From: Vicugna vicugna
Lineage: Eukaryota
Length of the DNA: 64,000 nt
NCBI GenBank assembly: GCA_013265495.1
Contig: MU058879.1
Span: forward strand, 5,632,468-5,696,467
Direction of reading: 5' to 3'
Numbering within the stretch: the stretch's first letter is position 1; each line of letters opens with the position of its first letter. The position numbers and the translations under genes are program-made. This document shows positions 1 through 12,690 of this stretch, in pieces. The notes below the pieces were generated by a model. The model was not told the DNA's origin and searched no databases. It saw only the letters and a program-made list of their open reading frames with translations.

Positions 1-199
1 TTTTCTACCTTTTAAACATGCTATCTGGTTTTGCCAATAACATCTAACACATTTCATACATCTAGAACAAAAATTTTTAATTTAAAAAGAAATGGGGTAA
101 AGACTATGATATCTACTTATATGATTTAACTCTCACTTCAACACAGTTAATTCTTAAATTCACACTTTTCATATCCTTTTTCATTTGGGGGGTGGCCCA

Positions 200-260
200 T
201 GGGCATCATTCAACATCAGGTTTACAGAAAAGGAAACTGAGGCTCCATAAGGCCGTGTTT
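200..260 (-). mobile_element. MIR SINE fragment
   Basis: tttacagaaaaggaaactgaggctc resembles the reverse MIR core (ttttacagatgaggaaactgaggc). Confidence 0.5.
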
Positions 261-799
261 TTTAAAAGCCACCGGGTTCCCTCAACTTTCCCGTGTATTC
301 CATAGAAAAGAAAAAGATGATGCACTCTCTTCATTCATCCAAAAGACCGGGCCTACCAGGATTTCAGCTCAGCCTTTGCAAGCCTCCTCTGCTCTTGGCT
401 GCGTATTTGTATTTGGGTGCCCCTTTCTTCCGTTGTCTAGTTCCCCTTCCTGACTTCCCCATACCATTCCGGAGTCAGTTGCTCAGAAATGACTCTTCCC
501 TTCGAGACTTCCATCTGATCACCACCAAGCCCTTCCCATTAATTCCTCATTTTATTTTTCCCTCTTTTTGCATCATTGTTTTCCATCCATCGTATCTGGC
601 CCTTTGAACATCACATCAGATTTACTACAAAAGCAACCTCCTAGTCTTGTCACCTCAAGTCCTCACCTCTGAAATCCACCACATGCCACACCATACGATT
701 CATTGAAAACTCTGCCTTGGTTATGTATTTACATCTGTCCATTGTTTAACCTATAAAAGAAAAGCTAATCATAACAAATAGTAAGCCTCAGGGTCTACT

Positions 800-950
800 C
801 TGGTACCTGTGCTAAGTGCGTTACACTAGTTACCTCACGTGAGCTTTACAATAATCAGATGAGGCTGTACTCTGGTTAATTCTGTTTTATAGATGGAGAA
901 ATTTAAGTTCTGAGCCATGGATTAATTTGCTCTCAGTCACATCATTAGTG
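800..950 (-). mobile_element. MIR SINE fragment
   Basis: cctgtgctaagtgcgttacac...gttttatagatggagaaatttaagttctgag...tttgctctcagtcaca follows the reverse MIR consensus. Confidence 0.55.
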
Positions 951-2689
951 GGTCTATTATTGACACACAATAAATGCGATTCTAGAGCTCAAACTATTAA
1001 CTGCTATGCTAAATACATGCAGGGATGTTTCCTGGGAGCCTCAGGTGGCGGAAGAGAAAGCCATTTGGAAGAGACAGGGAAAGAGGTGGGGACAACATGA
1101 AAAGGCATCTTCGATACTCCAGGGTTTATATTTCCAAGAGGAGTAACTCAGAGAGTCATGAGTTGCTTTCTTTAAATATTTTCTCTTTTGCCTTTGTATT
1201 TCTTTTTATCTAAATAGTCAATGGCTTCTAATACATGGAATAGGAGAAGTAAAGTAACAGATTTCCAAAGGAATGGCAGTCTGGCTTGTGAAAAATTTAA
1301 CAAAATGTTGTAACTAATAAATGGAACCATCGTCAGAGCACAGAAGAAAAACAAACCAGTTTGTTTTCCCTTCCTCTGCAAAGAGGCATTCGAATAGATT
1401 TAAACAGACTTCCAATGGCTTTCTTTCTTGATTTTTCTTCCTACACTACATTTTGTAATCAGTCAAGAAAGAGACACAATTACTTTTAATAACAGACAGG
1501 AGAATAGATGTAAAAATTGTATTTCAAAATTCTATTTGGAGACCTAATTTTGTGTCAAAGTCAAAGCCCTTCACACAGATTAAAAGGCTTTGGGCAATCC
1601 AAAAGAAAAGTGAAAAAACAGTATGTGGAGACATTTCAGTTTTATGTTCAGTGTATTTGAAACCAGTCAAGAAGTTTGAGCCCTTTCCACGTGGAGCGTG
1701 GCGAGACAGTGGACTCCTGAACTTGCCCCTCCGCCCGCTCCACAGCTCATTCATCAAGACACGGGGAGACTTGGTGATGACTTTTAATGCTGGAGTCCTG
1801 AAGCTCCCACACAAATTCTGTCCTTGCACTTGTTAGACTTCCTCGATTGTAAGCATCAGGAACCCATGCTGGTTAACTTCAAAACAGAAATTCTTAGAGC
1901 CATCTTGGGGACCTCGAAAGGTGAAGAGGACTTGAGCCAGGCTTGGAGTCAGCTCAGCATCCGGTCAGCAACCAGCCAGCTCTGGGCATCGAGGCTACGG
2001 GACCACCTTGACCTTCTCTTCAGGAGACTGCACAGGAGCGAGTGAACTCTGACTGTCTGTTACACTCTTGTAACATTTGACTCTAGATTCGGAGCTCCCC
2101 CTTCACTCCCCACCAAAAGCGATAGGTTTGGTCTGGGAAAATGCCCACCTTTTGTTTAAGGAAGTGCAGTGACCCCAGTCACAACCCCAGCAGGACTGCA
2201 AACTGAAGAGAGGTCGCTCTTCAGAAGGAAACCGGGGCGCTCGTTAGAAAGGGGAATGGTTGGTGGGAAGCAAAAACCAACAAACGGCGAGCTGGCAGAA
2301 CAGAAATTGCTACAGAAACGCAAGTTTGTTCTTTTTGTAAACAAGAATTTAAGATTATTTTCTCTGGAAAAGAGAAAAAACCACGGTATCTATTCATTAT
2401 GGTTTTTCAAGTATTCACTTTTCAAGTTAAGAAGAGGCAGACCAGTTGTTCTCTGTACTTGAACAGGAGCTGAACAGAGTTCAGCTAAATGAGCCCTGGT
2501 TCAGTTTAAGCTAAAATGTAAGTAAGATCAGCTGCATATCGGGCAAAATTCCATTGTGATAAAGGGGATAAAACAATAAATAGTGAATGAGTTTAATATT
2601 TTCTCTACTGCATTTTTTGACACGTGCCAATTGTTTGGGTTTTTTTTTTTTGCATTTTGTTTAATAAACAGAATCCAAGATTTTAAGGG

Positions 2690-2810
2690 TACAATAGAGA
2701 TAATCTAAGACAAACTCTTCATTTCATAGGCTAGGAAACCGAGATCCAGAGAATTAAAGTGACTTGCCCAAGATCACACCGCTGCTCAGTATCAAAGCTC
2801 TGTCTACTAC
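2690..2810 (-). mobile_element. MIR SINE fragment
   Basis: catttcataggctaggaaaccgagatccagagaattaaagtgacttgcccaagatcacac, reverse MIR core. Confidence 0.6.
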
Positions 2811-2991
2811 CTCTATTTTCTAATTCATAGTAATATCCACTACCCTCCACTCTTGTCTTGGGCTGTGTGTGCCCTGGTTAATTTAGGCACTCACCAATCG
2901 AAGATAATTTATTGTATTTATCTTTCACCCATTATCTACAATTTTATGATTTGGGATAACTTTATTTCCCCAGCATATAATTTTTAAACTG

Positions 2992-3668
2992 CAGTATTTC
3001 ATCAAATCAAGTTGCCATTAATTAAAAGATGCAGCACTAGGAAATCAAGCAACATGCTGGCACTCAAACTGGGACGCAGTGCTTTCTTACCACTTTGGAT
3101 TTTTATTCTACACATAAAATAGTCTTTTATTTTATCATTAAATTGTGTACTTAAAATAGCTCTTTCAGATTCACTTACACATGGGTTTTTATTATGCCTT
3201 ATTCTTGTTCATAGGGTAAAAGGAAAATATAAGCAAAATATAGTTCAATAACAGCTTAAAAACTTTTGCAAGTGTGAAGTCCAGCTTTCCTGAACTACAT
3301 GTCATCTCAGAGTCACAGATACCATGTAATACAGCATCAACCTCTATGCCATCAAGAGCATTGGTGATGCAGCATTTCTTCAAACTGTCCCCAGGCTTTT
3401 CTTTCATGCTGCCTACCCTGACTCTGCACTCATGTTCCTTTCTCAAATAGTCCTGATGGGTTTTGACTGAAGTGTCAAGAGGTTGCCATTGTCCAGATGT
3501 GCCACCGAGAATAACAATTAAGCTCACACGTGCACACACAACGACACCTGCCTTACAGCTGCCACCCAGCCAACAGCGATCATAAAACCCCACTGAGTAG
3601 AACACACATCCTAATTTCAGCTATGTTAAAATGCGAAAAAAAAATTTTTGAATCAATCAAATGTAGTA
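2992..3668 (-). mobile_element. Tc2/pogo-group (Kanga-type) DNA transposon fossil, internally deleted
   Basis: ORF 3192-3605(-) contains VILGGTSGQWQPLDTSVKTHQDYLRKEH...LKKCCITNALDGIEVDAVL, the C-terminal part of a pogo/POGK-like DDE_1 transposase. Degenerate TIRs cagtatttcatcaaatc (2992-3008) and gaatcaatcaaatgtag followed by TA (3650-3668). Confidence 0.8.
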
Positions 3669-4150
3669 ATTTAGTCTTTTTGTTTTTTGGGTTTTTTCTA
3701 GCCTTTAAAATGAATATGAAGAAATAGCTTTCAATCCATTATAAAATTTGCTAAACCTTCATAGATAACTACCTATCTGCAGATGATGTATTCTCATGCA
3801 AGGACGGACAGCCTTCTCTGCTTCTTGGTGGCTGATGTTGGTGGGGAGAGCGGGTCGGCTCGCGTCCTGCTCTTACTCTCCAGGCTGTGCCGCGGGAGAT
3901 GTTGTTACACATACACCAGTCTCCGCTGCGTTAGATCAAAGAGTTGATTTTCAATTTTATGAAAAATCTAGATTTTTTCACAAGTGTAATAATTCTCTGC
4001 TTCCTTTTTTTGGCTCAAAATCTTCTTCTATGGGGTCCTATTGAGAAGTTAGCATTTTCTGAGAGAGTAAACTTAGATTACACACAGGCAAAAAAAAAAA
4101 AAAAGTGTACCCACCATGCTGAGGATGGTTCTGTGAGCTTCCTAAGAAGA

Positions 4151-4313
4151 GCGTGGTTGTTCATCGCGTGGTCCACGGAGGTGCAGCGACAGCATCACCT
4201 GGGAGCTCGTTAGAAACGCAGACCTCAACTCACCCCAGACCGACGGAACCAGAATCTTCATTTTACCAGGATCCCCAGGGAGACACAGGCACATTAAAGT
4301 TGGAGAAGCACTG
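4151..4313 (+). mobile_element. MER5A1-type hAT-Charlie MITE
   Basis: gtggtccacggag...cagcatcacctgggagctcgttagaaacgcagacc...caccccagacc...cacattaaagttggagaagcactg. Confidence 0.8.
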
Positions 4314-5954
4314 GCCTAAAAGATGGGCTGTTCAGTGAAAGCTGAGTACACATTCCCCAGAAACTTGGATGGCTTGTAACCATTTTATCGCCATGGCTGA
4401 CATCAGCAGCTAACAGGCTCCAAGGCATTTCCAGCCGGACTGCTAGTCCCTAGCAGAGTTTTGACCTTCAGGCGGTGAGCAAGGAAAGAAAAGGAAGGAG
4501 TGGCTGGTGAAGGGCACACATCTGTACCAAGGTGACTGACTCGTTAACTTGTGGCACAACAAAGACGTGGAGGCTGAGCGCTGGAGGAAAGATTCGCTCA
4601 GCTCACTCATCCATTCTGTTTCACCACTATTCTCGAGTACTTTCTACCTGCCTCACGTTTCCTCTTCCTGCCCATCTAAAACTCACTCATCCTCTAATGC
4701 TTTTTCTGTTCTCCTTCTGAAAGTCTGGTGTGACCGTCTGAACCAAAGATTCTTTAACAGGAGATAGGAGTTCAGGGATAATCTTCTGGGAGCCTATAAA
4801 CCTAAGATGACATGTTTTTTAAAATGGAGTATGGGCATATGTTCACTTTCATGGGGGGAAAATTCCATTCTCTTATCAGAATTTCAAAAAGGATTCCACT
4901 CAGCCAATCAATCAACAGCTAAGAACCACTAGCACTCGAATTCCTAGACGCCATCTGTTTTAAAGTCATTGATATCAACGTTTTAGTGGCAAAAGCCATC
5001 CTATCCCATTTGGGGACGGGCTCATCAAGAGACAACTAATAGCCCAAAGCCATTTTTGTGATGTCATATGCCTTTTTCTAGATAAAAACAAAAAAAAAAC
5101 ACAGACAGGAAAATCTCATCTTGGTTAAGCTTAAGAGGCCTTCACTTAAAACTAGTCACGGCAGCATCTCCTCCCAGTTTTGCAGTCCTCCTTGCCTTCA
5201 TTCTCTACATTTGTCGTTTCCCATTCTTAAAGGATCATTGTTGCTATGCCTCCCTCAGGGTCAGCTCCCCTGCGACCCTCCTGAAGTGTGTCATAGATGT
5301 GAAAAGCTATATTGTTCTGCAGTCTGTCCTTCCCGCTTTGTCTCTATCTATTTCAAAATCTCATTCAAGAAACAGCAAAGAAAGGTCAGGGTTGACCTTG
5401 GCTGGCTATCATAATGTGCACTGTCCCCTCACCCTTAGCCCAGGGACCCACAAAAGGGGTGGTAGCCTTTAATGCTTTTCAAATCATCAAGAGAAATCAA
5501 AGGAACCATTTCCAATCCTGTCTTTATAACCAGAAGCCCATTGATCAGTGTAGGTAAAGGGACAGCACATCAAGGGGGAATGGCATTTATAAAGTAGATT
5601 TGATCCACACAGCCGAGTGATCATGACAAGCTCAAATCCCATCTGAGCTGGAGAATAAATCTATAGTACCGTCAGCTCTGAAATATCTCATTCATGAAGC
5701 CCAGGTAAGAAATCACCTTTAGTTGCCATTAATTATCACATACGTTTGAATTAAGTAAGTACTTCACCTGTGCAGTGATCCGTGGATAGAGCTGTACAGT
5801 TGAGAGAGGGCTGTGGCCACAGAAACCCAGTACCATCAGATCTCTAGCATCCAGGTCTGAATACTAGTCTTTCTACTAAATGTCTAAGAAATTTGGTCCC
5901 AAACATTTTGCCCCGCTGGGACTCAGTTTCTTTATCTAAAACAATGAAAGCATT

Positions 5955-6809
5955 GCACATCCATTAAAATGGCCATACTCCAGAACATTGACAATGCCAA
6001 ATACTGGTGAGGATGTGGAGCAACAGGAACTCTTATATATTGCTAGTGAGAATGCAAAATGCCACAGCTACTTTAGAAGACGGTTTGGCAGTCCCTTACA
6101 AAACTGAACATACGCCAACAGGCATGCTCCTTGGTTTTTACCCAAAACGGTTAAAAACTTATGTCCCTACAAACACATTCACACGTATGTTTATAGCAGC
6201 TTTGTTTATAATTGCCAAAACTTGGAAGCGACCAAGATGTCCCTTAGGAGAATGGATAAATAAACTGTGATCTAAACAGACAATGGAATATTATTTAGTG
6301 CTAAAAAGAAATGAGCTCTCCAGCGCTGAAAAGACATAGAGGAAACTTAAGTGCATATTGCTAAATCAAAGAAGCCAGTCTGAGAAGGAACATGCCATAT
6401 GATTCCAACAATATGACTCTCTGAAAAGACAAAACTATCAAGACAATAGAAAGATCAGTGGTTGCCAGAGGTGAGGGGAGGAGGGTGAATAAGCAGAGCA
6501 CAGGCAATGTTTAGGGAAGTAAAAATTCTCTGCATGATGTTATAATGATGGATATGCGCCATTATACATTTGCCCAAACCCATAGAATGTACAAATCCAA
6601 GTGAACTCTACGGTAAATTGTGGACTTTGCCTGATTATGAAGTGCCAGTGTGGGTTCACCCCGGTAGCAAATTCTGGTGAGTGATGTTGATCATGGAGGA
6701 AGCTATGCATGTATGGAGGCTGGGGGTACCTGGAAAATCACTATATCTTCCTTTCATTTTTATTGTAAACCTAAGACTGCTGTAAAAAATATTGCCTTAA
6801 AAAAAAAAA
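5955..6809 (+). mobile_element. L1MC-type LINE-1 3' end (ORF2 C-terminal remnant, 3'UTR, polyA)
   Basis: ggtgaggatgtggagcaacaggaactct..., atgtttatagcagctttgtttataattgccaaaacttggaagcgaccaagatgtcc...gaatggataaataaactgtg, L1MC-type 3'UTR and A-tail at 6799-6809. ORF 6007-6270 (FIAALFIIAKTWKRPRCP..EWINKL) is ORF2p-like. Confidence 0.85.
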
Positions 6810-6854
6810 GTTGGGTGAGCTGATCTCAAAAATGACAGGTTGGGGTAGAGGTTA

Positions 6855-7010
6855 AAATCTTGAACTCTGGGATTAGAAGGACCTGGGTTCAAATTCACCA
6901 TCACCTCCTGACCCTCACCACCTCCTGACCTTGAGCAAATTAGCCAACTACTCCAAGCCTCTGCTTTTTTTCATCTGTAAAATGGGAATGATAGTTGTTT
7001 TGACCTTAGG
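6855..7010 (+). mobile_element. MIR SINE with small internal duplication
   Basis: gacctgggttcaaat...gaccttgagcaaatta...ttttcatctgtaaaatgggaatgata; cacctcctgacc occurs twice. Confidence 0.7.
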
Positions 7011-7993
7011 AAGTACATAAAATATGTAATATAATTCAAAAAGTGGTCAGAAGTCCAAGGGTATTTTTCAGGTCATAATCGTGGGAAAATATTTGCACTT
7101 ACTCTGAGAACTGCTCTCCCTACTCGTGTTACTATAAATATCAACTGAGATAATAGGTCAAAGTGCTTCAGAAACTACACATTACTGTATTGATATGAGG
7201 AGATATTATTCATATTACTTCACCCTTCTTACTTTTAGAGGAACTAGATAAAAACAATCCCTATATAATGTTTTATTCTAAATATTGAAATATTGATAGA
7301 AATCTAAAATTAAGACAAAAAAGTACCCTAGTTCTGGCAAGTTTGATTTTACAGAGGAGATTTCAGAGACTATGTCTCTAAAACCCAACTTCTAAAAATA
7401 AGTACAAATATCAAAAAACAACCATTAAAAACTCAGAATGACTAGTATAGTTAAATTACATTGACCCAAAATACTATTAACTGAGGCGGAACTTGTTTTC
7501 AATTTTCAATAGTATTATGATGAATCAGATTATTCTTATTAGGCATAAAACTTAATCAGAGCTGCTAAATCACAGGTGAAACAGAGCCAAGCCAAATGGA
7601 CTTCCTCTCAATTCTAGGAAACCTGAAATGATTAACAAGGAGGGAAAATAGAGTTGAAGAAATGTCACATTTCATTATTTTTATCCCCTTTTACCTAATA
7701 ATTGAGTTTCTTTCTCCAAAAACTCTTAGACTTATCATTCATTTTTTTTCCCTCTCCAAGCATTTAACTAATACACACATTAACAAAAAGGTCTGACTAT
7801 TTAGAAAACAACAAATCAAATCAACCACTTGTGTGAAGTTGCCTATTTCAATAAAGCGCTATGCCATTTGATTTGGAAGTGCTTTACAGCTGCTTAAATT
7901 ACCTCTCTCATAATTGAAACTTTTTAACGTAAGTCATTAAAAAATAGAATTTTAAACAAGACAGAATAATTTCTTTGTTTCATGCGATTTCAG

Positions 7994-8043
7994 ACTCTTG
8001 AAAGTCCTGTTGATAAGCCATGAGAAAAGGAGCATCGGTAACA
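7994..8043 (+). other. candidate 50-nt exon (plus strand), transcript unknown
   Basis: Acceptor ttctttgtttcatgcgatttcag, donor ACA|gtaagt; one open frame (LLKVLLISHEKRSIGN), no recognised homology. Confidence 0.25.
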
Positions 8044-8152
8044 GTAAGTCATACTTCAGTATTTTTTTCAACCACCGAGGTACCACTTGACAAAAATGAT
8101 GTTGACTTGTCAGTTATGCCTTCTTTTCTCTGTGGGTCTGCCTCCATTTTGC

Positions 8153-8331
8153 NNNNNNNNNNNNNNNNNNNNNNNNNNNNNNNNNNNNNNNNNNNNNNNN
8201 NNNNNNNNNNNNNNNNNNNNNNNNNNNNNNNNNNNNNNNNNNNNNNNNNNNNNNNNNNNNNNNNNNNNNNNNNNNNNNNNNNNNNNNNNNNNNNNNNNNN
8301 NNNNNNNNNNNNNNNNNNNNNNNNNNNNNNN
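8153..8331. other. assembly gap (179 N)
   Basis: Run of N. Confidence 1.
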
Positions 8332-9771
8332 NGAGCATATTTCACTGCTCATTCAAGTGTCATGCTAGAACTAGGTGAGTGTTGCCAGTGTAAGTGGATG
8401 GAGATCAACACTTTTTTGACACTCCTGCTACCAAGTGTCTATAAAATGTTTATACCTATAATTGTATCAAATTATGCTAATTGAGTACTGAAAAGACACT
8501 ATAAGTTGAAGTACTCAAAAAGCGTATTTCTCAGAATCTCATGGGGCTCTTCAAGTTAAGCACTTGGGAGACCTTTTTACCTCTTCCAAGTACCGTCAAA
8601 GTACAATGTCTTAAAGTGTCATCTTGGTCTTAATTTAATTTTTAAAAGTAAGTGCCAGGAAAGCAAATTCATTCAAATTCTTGATCGGTTTTACCTTTGG
8701 TCATTAAAAAAAAAAATTTGTATCTTTGTTCTACTAGCATCAAGAATATTTATTTTGTATAAAGTTTGTGTTTATCATAAAAGATACTCCAAGCCCAGCT
8801 CAGGGTCTTTAACAACCTCAGCCACCAGTAGATGCTAACAATAAATCAGTTATGACTGTGAGTCAGGGAGAAAACGAAATAAAATATTGCTTCCTAGGAT
8901 TTTTTTTTTCTTCTCTCAGGTCAAAATAAATAGGGATTTTTCTGAATGTCATTACAGATGACTACAACTTCAATGACTTCTCAATTTTATGTGAGACTAT
9001 TCTACTTTCAGGAATATAGATAACAATCCTTGAGTTCCCAAACTCTGACCATATTCTATTAAAATCATTTTTTCACTTTCCTGTTAAACTGCATTTAATC
9101 CTTTGTGTCAATGTGCTGAGGAAGATAGTAAAGATATATCTGAACTTTGCCTTAAACTTCTTTAATCTTTTTTAAGCTCTCATTCATGTAACACAGCTTC
9201 AGCAATCTGATTTCAACACCCTGTCTCCCGAGGGAAAAAGGCTAAGATTTCCAAGTTCAGAGACCAGTGTGAAACTGGTTCTCCTCAACTAAAAGGCATT
9301 TCATTCTAACCGCAGTCTCCACAGTGCCTCCTGGAGGCCTTTCAAGTCTTTTGAATTTCGATGGCAGGAAAGAGGTCTTTTGTCCTGGCTAGAGGGGTCC
9401 TAGTGCTAAGGGGCTGGTGACGGCCTATGGCACAGAAGGTCACAGAGAATTTTTATCTGGTGTAGAAAACGTCGACCCTCTTATAAGGCAGCATAAGCCA
9501 CCAAGACTGCATTTGCCCAAAACCTTTGTTCCCTGGGCTGGTGTTGAGCGCAACTTAGCAAACAACTGAATGCGCTGCTGCACGTCCAAGCCCCTCAACG
9601 TCGTGGGATTCAGCTGTGGAAGAAAGCAACTGCCAGTGCACGTTCTGCCGTGTTCTCTTCAGTCTCCACAGCACAAACGGCAGAATCGATCTCTCCAGTT
9701 ACGTTTGCTCGCAGGCCTGAGCATCTCCTCCTGACTCCTGTGTCTTCTCATCCAATTCCAAGAGCACTCAC

Positions 9772-9797
9772 CCACGTGTAGTTCTGGACAACTTTGT
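9772..9797 (-). other. candidate 26-nt microexon
   Basis: Minus strand ggatttcttgtttccag|ACAAAGTTGTCCAGAACTACACGTGG|gtgagt; a 158-nt intron follows, ending ttgctttcttccacag| at 9614. Confidence 0.4.
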
Positions 9798-11189
9798 CTG
9801 GAAACAAGAAATCCCATTGCTTTTGGCTTTTCCCCACTGTTTCCGTTCAACATCCCCTTATCTCAGTTAAAATAGAAGTCACTTTATCTTGTGCCCCTTT
9901 GGCATACTTCTAATATTTTTGCATGAGAAATGACGCATTCCAATGGCAGTGATATTCCAGTGCCTAAGGAGATCTGCTGGCAGATGGAAAGCGAGTCGGA
10001 GCTCTCTAGGCCTGAAAAGACCATTGAAACATCTAGCCCAGATTGGTGGTGATTACCGTCTACCAGTTATTCAAAGGCTTTATGACCCAAGCTGACAGTC
10101 CATGCTGTGGCAACAAAACCAAATCACAGCTGAAGTGCATGCTTGATAAAGAGCCTTTCATTTGTATAAACAGCTTTAGCAATTAGTTTGTTGTAACAGA
10201 GAGCAAGAGACCCTACTCTATTAGTTTCATGTGACCAAATGGTGCAATGATTTTTTAAAAACATCAGCCCTTCAGAGTAAATATAAAAATGATTACCATT
10301 GTTAGGCATACTATGTTAAATTGCAATACTGATGCACCCTATTCAGAGGCTAAATTAAAGGAATATCATGCTATGTAGTATGCATCTCTGTAAATAAATC
10401 TACCTTTACTCAAAAAAAAATACCATTCTATATTAGGAAAAAAGTAATCAGTGCACTCAGCATCTTAATATAAGTTAGGTTCCCTTTTCCTGAAAACATT
10501 CTAACCCAAGAATATTTGATGGTTGTTCCTACAGATACTAGTGCTGGAAGATGGTCTCTCCAAGGCTAGACAACCCAGCTCTTTCAGTGATGCTCATCTT
10601 TTCCCTCTTGGAACCTGCAGTTTTTTCTAGGAAAAGGATTTTTGTTGTTCACTGCACTTCAAGCCCATGGCAGTTTTAAATGATCAACTTCTTTGGCAGG
10701 CATTTTGTTACCTTCCTATCTTTCTTAGAAAGTAAGAACCAGTCCACAAAAGATAAAAATTGAAATAATTGAAGTTTAACAAATGAAAAATTTGGACTGC
10801 TGTCTCAGCTTTCTAGAAGTTAATCTCCACTACCATGCCAGAAAGGAAGGAAATGTTTTTTTTAAAAAAATTGATGATAGGGATGTCTTAAGAGGACATA
10901 GGAGCTTCCAATGACACAGAGGTAGAACAATCTGAGCAAATAAACAAAAAAAATTTTTTAAGTAGCAAAAAAAAAAAAAAGAAGAAATAAAAAAGATCCA
11001 GATCTTAGCATCCTCCAGCTGTGCTGTCATCAGCAGACTGGTCCACCCCCTCCAGCTCAGCAAATCCTGTCACTGTCGCAAGGAGGTTGCAGCAGCTCTA
11101 AGCTTCACATCCCCAGATGACATGGTTCAACAGAACAAGGAAAGAGGCAGTAGTAAAACAAAAAATACAAATAAATGTTCAAATTAATA

Positions 11190-11945
11190 AAAAAGATAGC
11201 ACCAGATTATAACCCCAAACATAAAATAAGTATCCATGGGTCCATATTAATATAAGTGAAAGACTGAATAAATAAGCAAACAAAGTGGGAGAAGACACAA
11301 ATCTCTCACACAGAAGACTTCCAAATAATTTATGGAGATACACCACCCTCAAGAAAATGGAGCATAACTCCCTACTTCATATAAGTGTGAGCTGCTCATA
11401 GTGACTTCCTTGCAAAGGTATACTGTGGAAAGTGGATTTAAAAAGTAACTTTGCAGTGCAAAAGCTTGCAAACGCCACCTCAGCCAGGTGATCAAGTTCA
11501 ACATCAGCAGTGATAAATCCCATACAGTATATACCCTTGATATTTTGTGATGAAATTGGCCCTTTACCTCTGTGGTCTTCCTCCTCAAAACTCATAACCC
11601 CAGTCTCATCATGAGAATAGCATCTGACAAATCCCTATTGAGGGACATTTCACAAAATGCCTGATCACTACTTCTCAAAACTGTCCAGGTCACCCAAAAA
11701 CAAGGAAAATGTGAGAAACTGTCACGGCCAAGAGGAGCCTAGAAAGAGATCACAACCAAATGTAATGTGGCATCTTGGATGGGCTCTTGGAACAGAAAAA
11801 GGGTATTGGGCAAAAACTACAGAAATCTGAATAAAGTATGGACTTTAGTTAATAATAATGTATCAATATCCAATCACTAATTGCCATATTAATATAAGAT
11901 GTAACAATAGGGGAAACTGAGTGTGAGGTATATGAGAACACACAT
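11190..11945 (+). mobile_element. L1MC3/L1MC4-type LINE-1 3'UTR fragment
   Basis: cacctcagccaggtgatcaagttcaacatcagcagtgataa...tctgtggtcttcctcctcaaaactcataaccccagtct...aaatgtaatgtggcatcttggatgggctcttggaacagaaaaagg...tgaataaagtatggactttagttaataata. Confidence 0.75.
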
Positions 11946-12404
11946 GAAGATATATGACATATATCATTGTCATTAGTCTTGTTTGCCGTATTTCTTGTTC
12001 TCCTGCCCCCTTTGAAATTAGGCATAATCTTATTACTTGCCCTGTCCAGCAAAATACGGAAGGAAGTATAATGCATCCGTTTCAGGCACAAGATGTAATA
12101 GCTATTGCTAAACTGACTACATTCCCTTCCCCCTGGAAGGAGCAACACAGATGGAGAGATAGAGACAGAACCTCCTTAACCTGGGTCACTGAGCGATCGC
12201 AATGAACAGAGCTCCCTGCTGTCCTGCATTGGGAGAGAAATAAACTTCGGTAGATTTAGCCAGTGAGAACTTGAGAGCATTCGTTACTACAACATAACTT
12301 GACCATCCTAGCAGATACACATATGTTCATGTTATTATCACTTGGTAACACAATAACTCTCAAAAAGTCCCAAAAGAAAGTTAATCCCTTATAATCTGCA
12401 AAAA

Positions 12405-12690
12405 CGACGAATCACTGTACTGTACACCTGGAACTAACATAATGTTGTAAATCAACTATACTTGAAAGAAAAGGAGAATGGGAGACAGAGAGAGAAGAAG
12501 GAAAGAAGGGCGGAAGGGAAGGAGGAAGGGAGGGAAGAAAGAAGCTTTTGGAGGAGATGGATATGTTCATGGCATAGATTTTGGTGATGGCTTCCCTGTT
12601 GAACACTTATCTCCAAACTCATCAAGTTGTATACATTAAATATGTACAGCTTTTTGTTATGTTGAACCTCAATAAAGTGGTTTATAATAA
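12405..12690 (+). mobile_element. two LINE-1 3'-end fragments (short younger-type end, then L1MB-type end) separated by a purine-rich tract
   Basis: gaatcactgtactgtacacctggaactaacataatgttgtaaatcaactatact (12410-12462); GA-rich tract; gatggatatgttcatggcatagattttggtgatgg...gttgtatacattaaatatgtacagc...cctcaataaagtgg. Confidence 0.7.

Noticed and set aside
1524-2462. Several overlapping 60-100-aa ORFs in a GC-richer patch
   Set aside because: ORFs on both strands with no recognisable homology; may be regulatory or UTR sequence but I cannot support a call.
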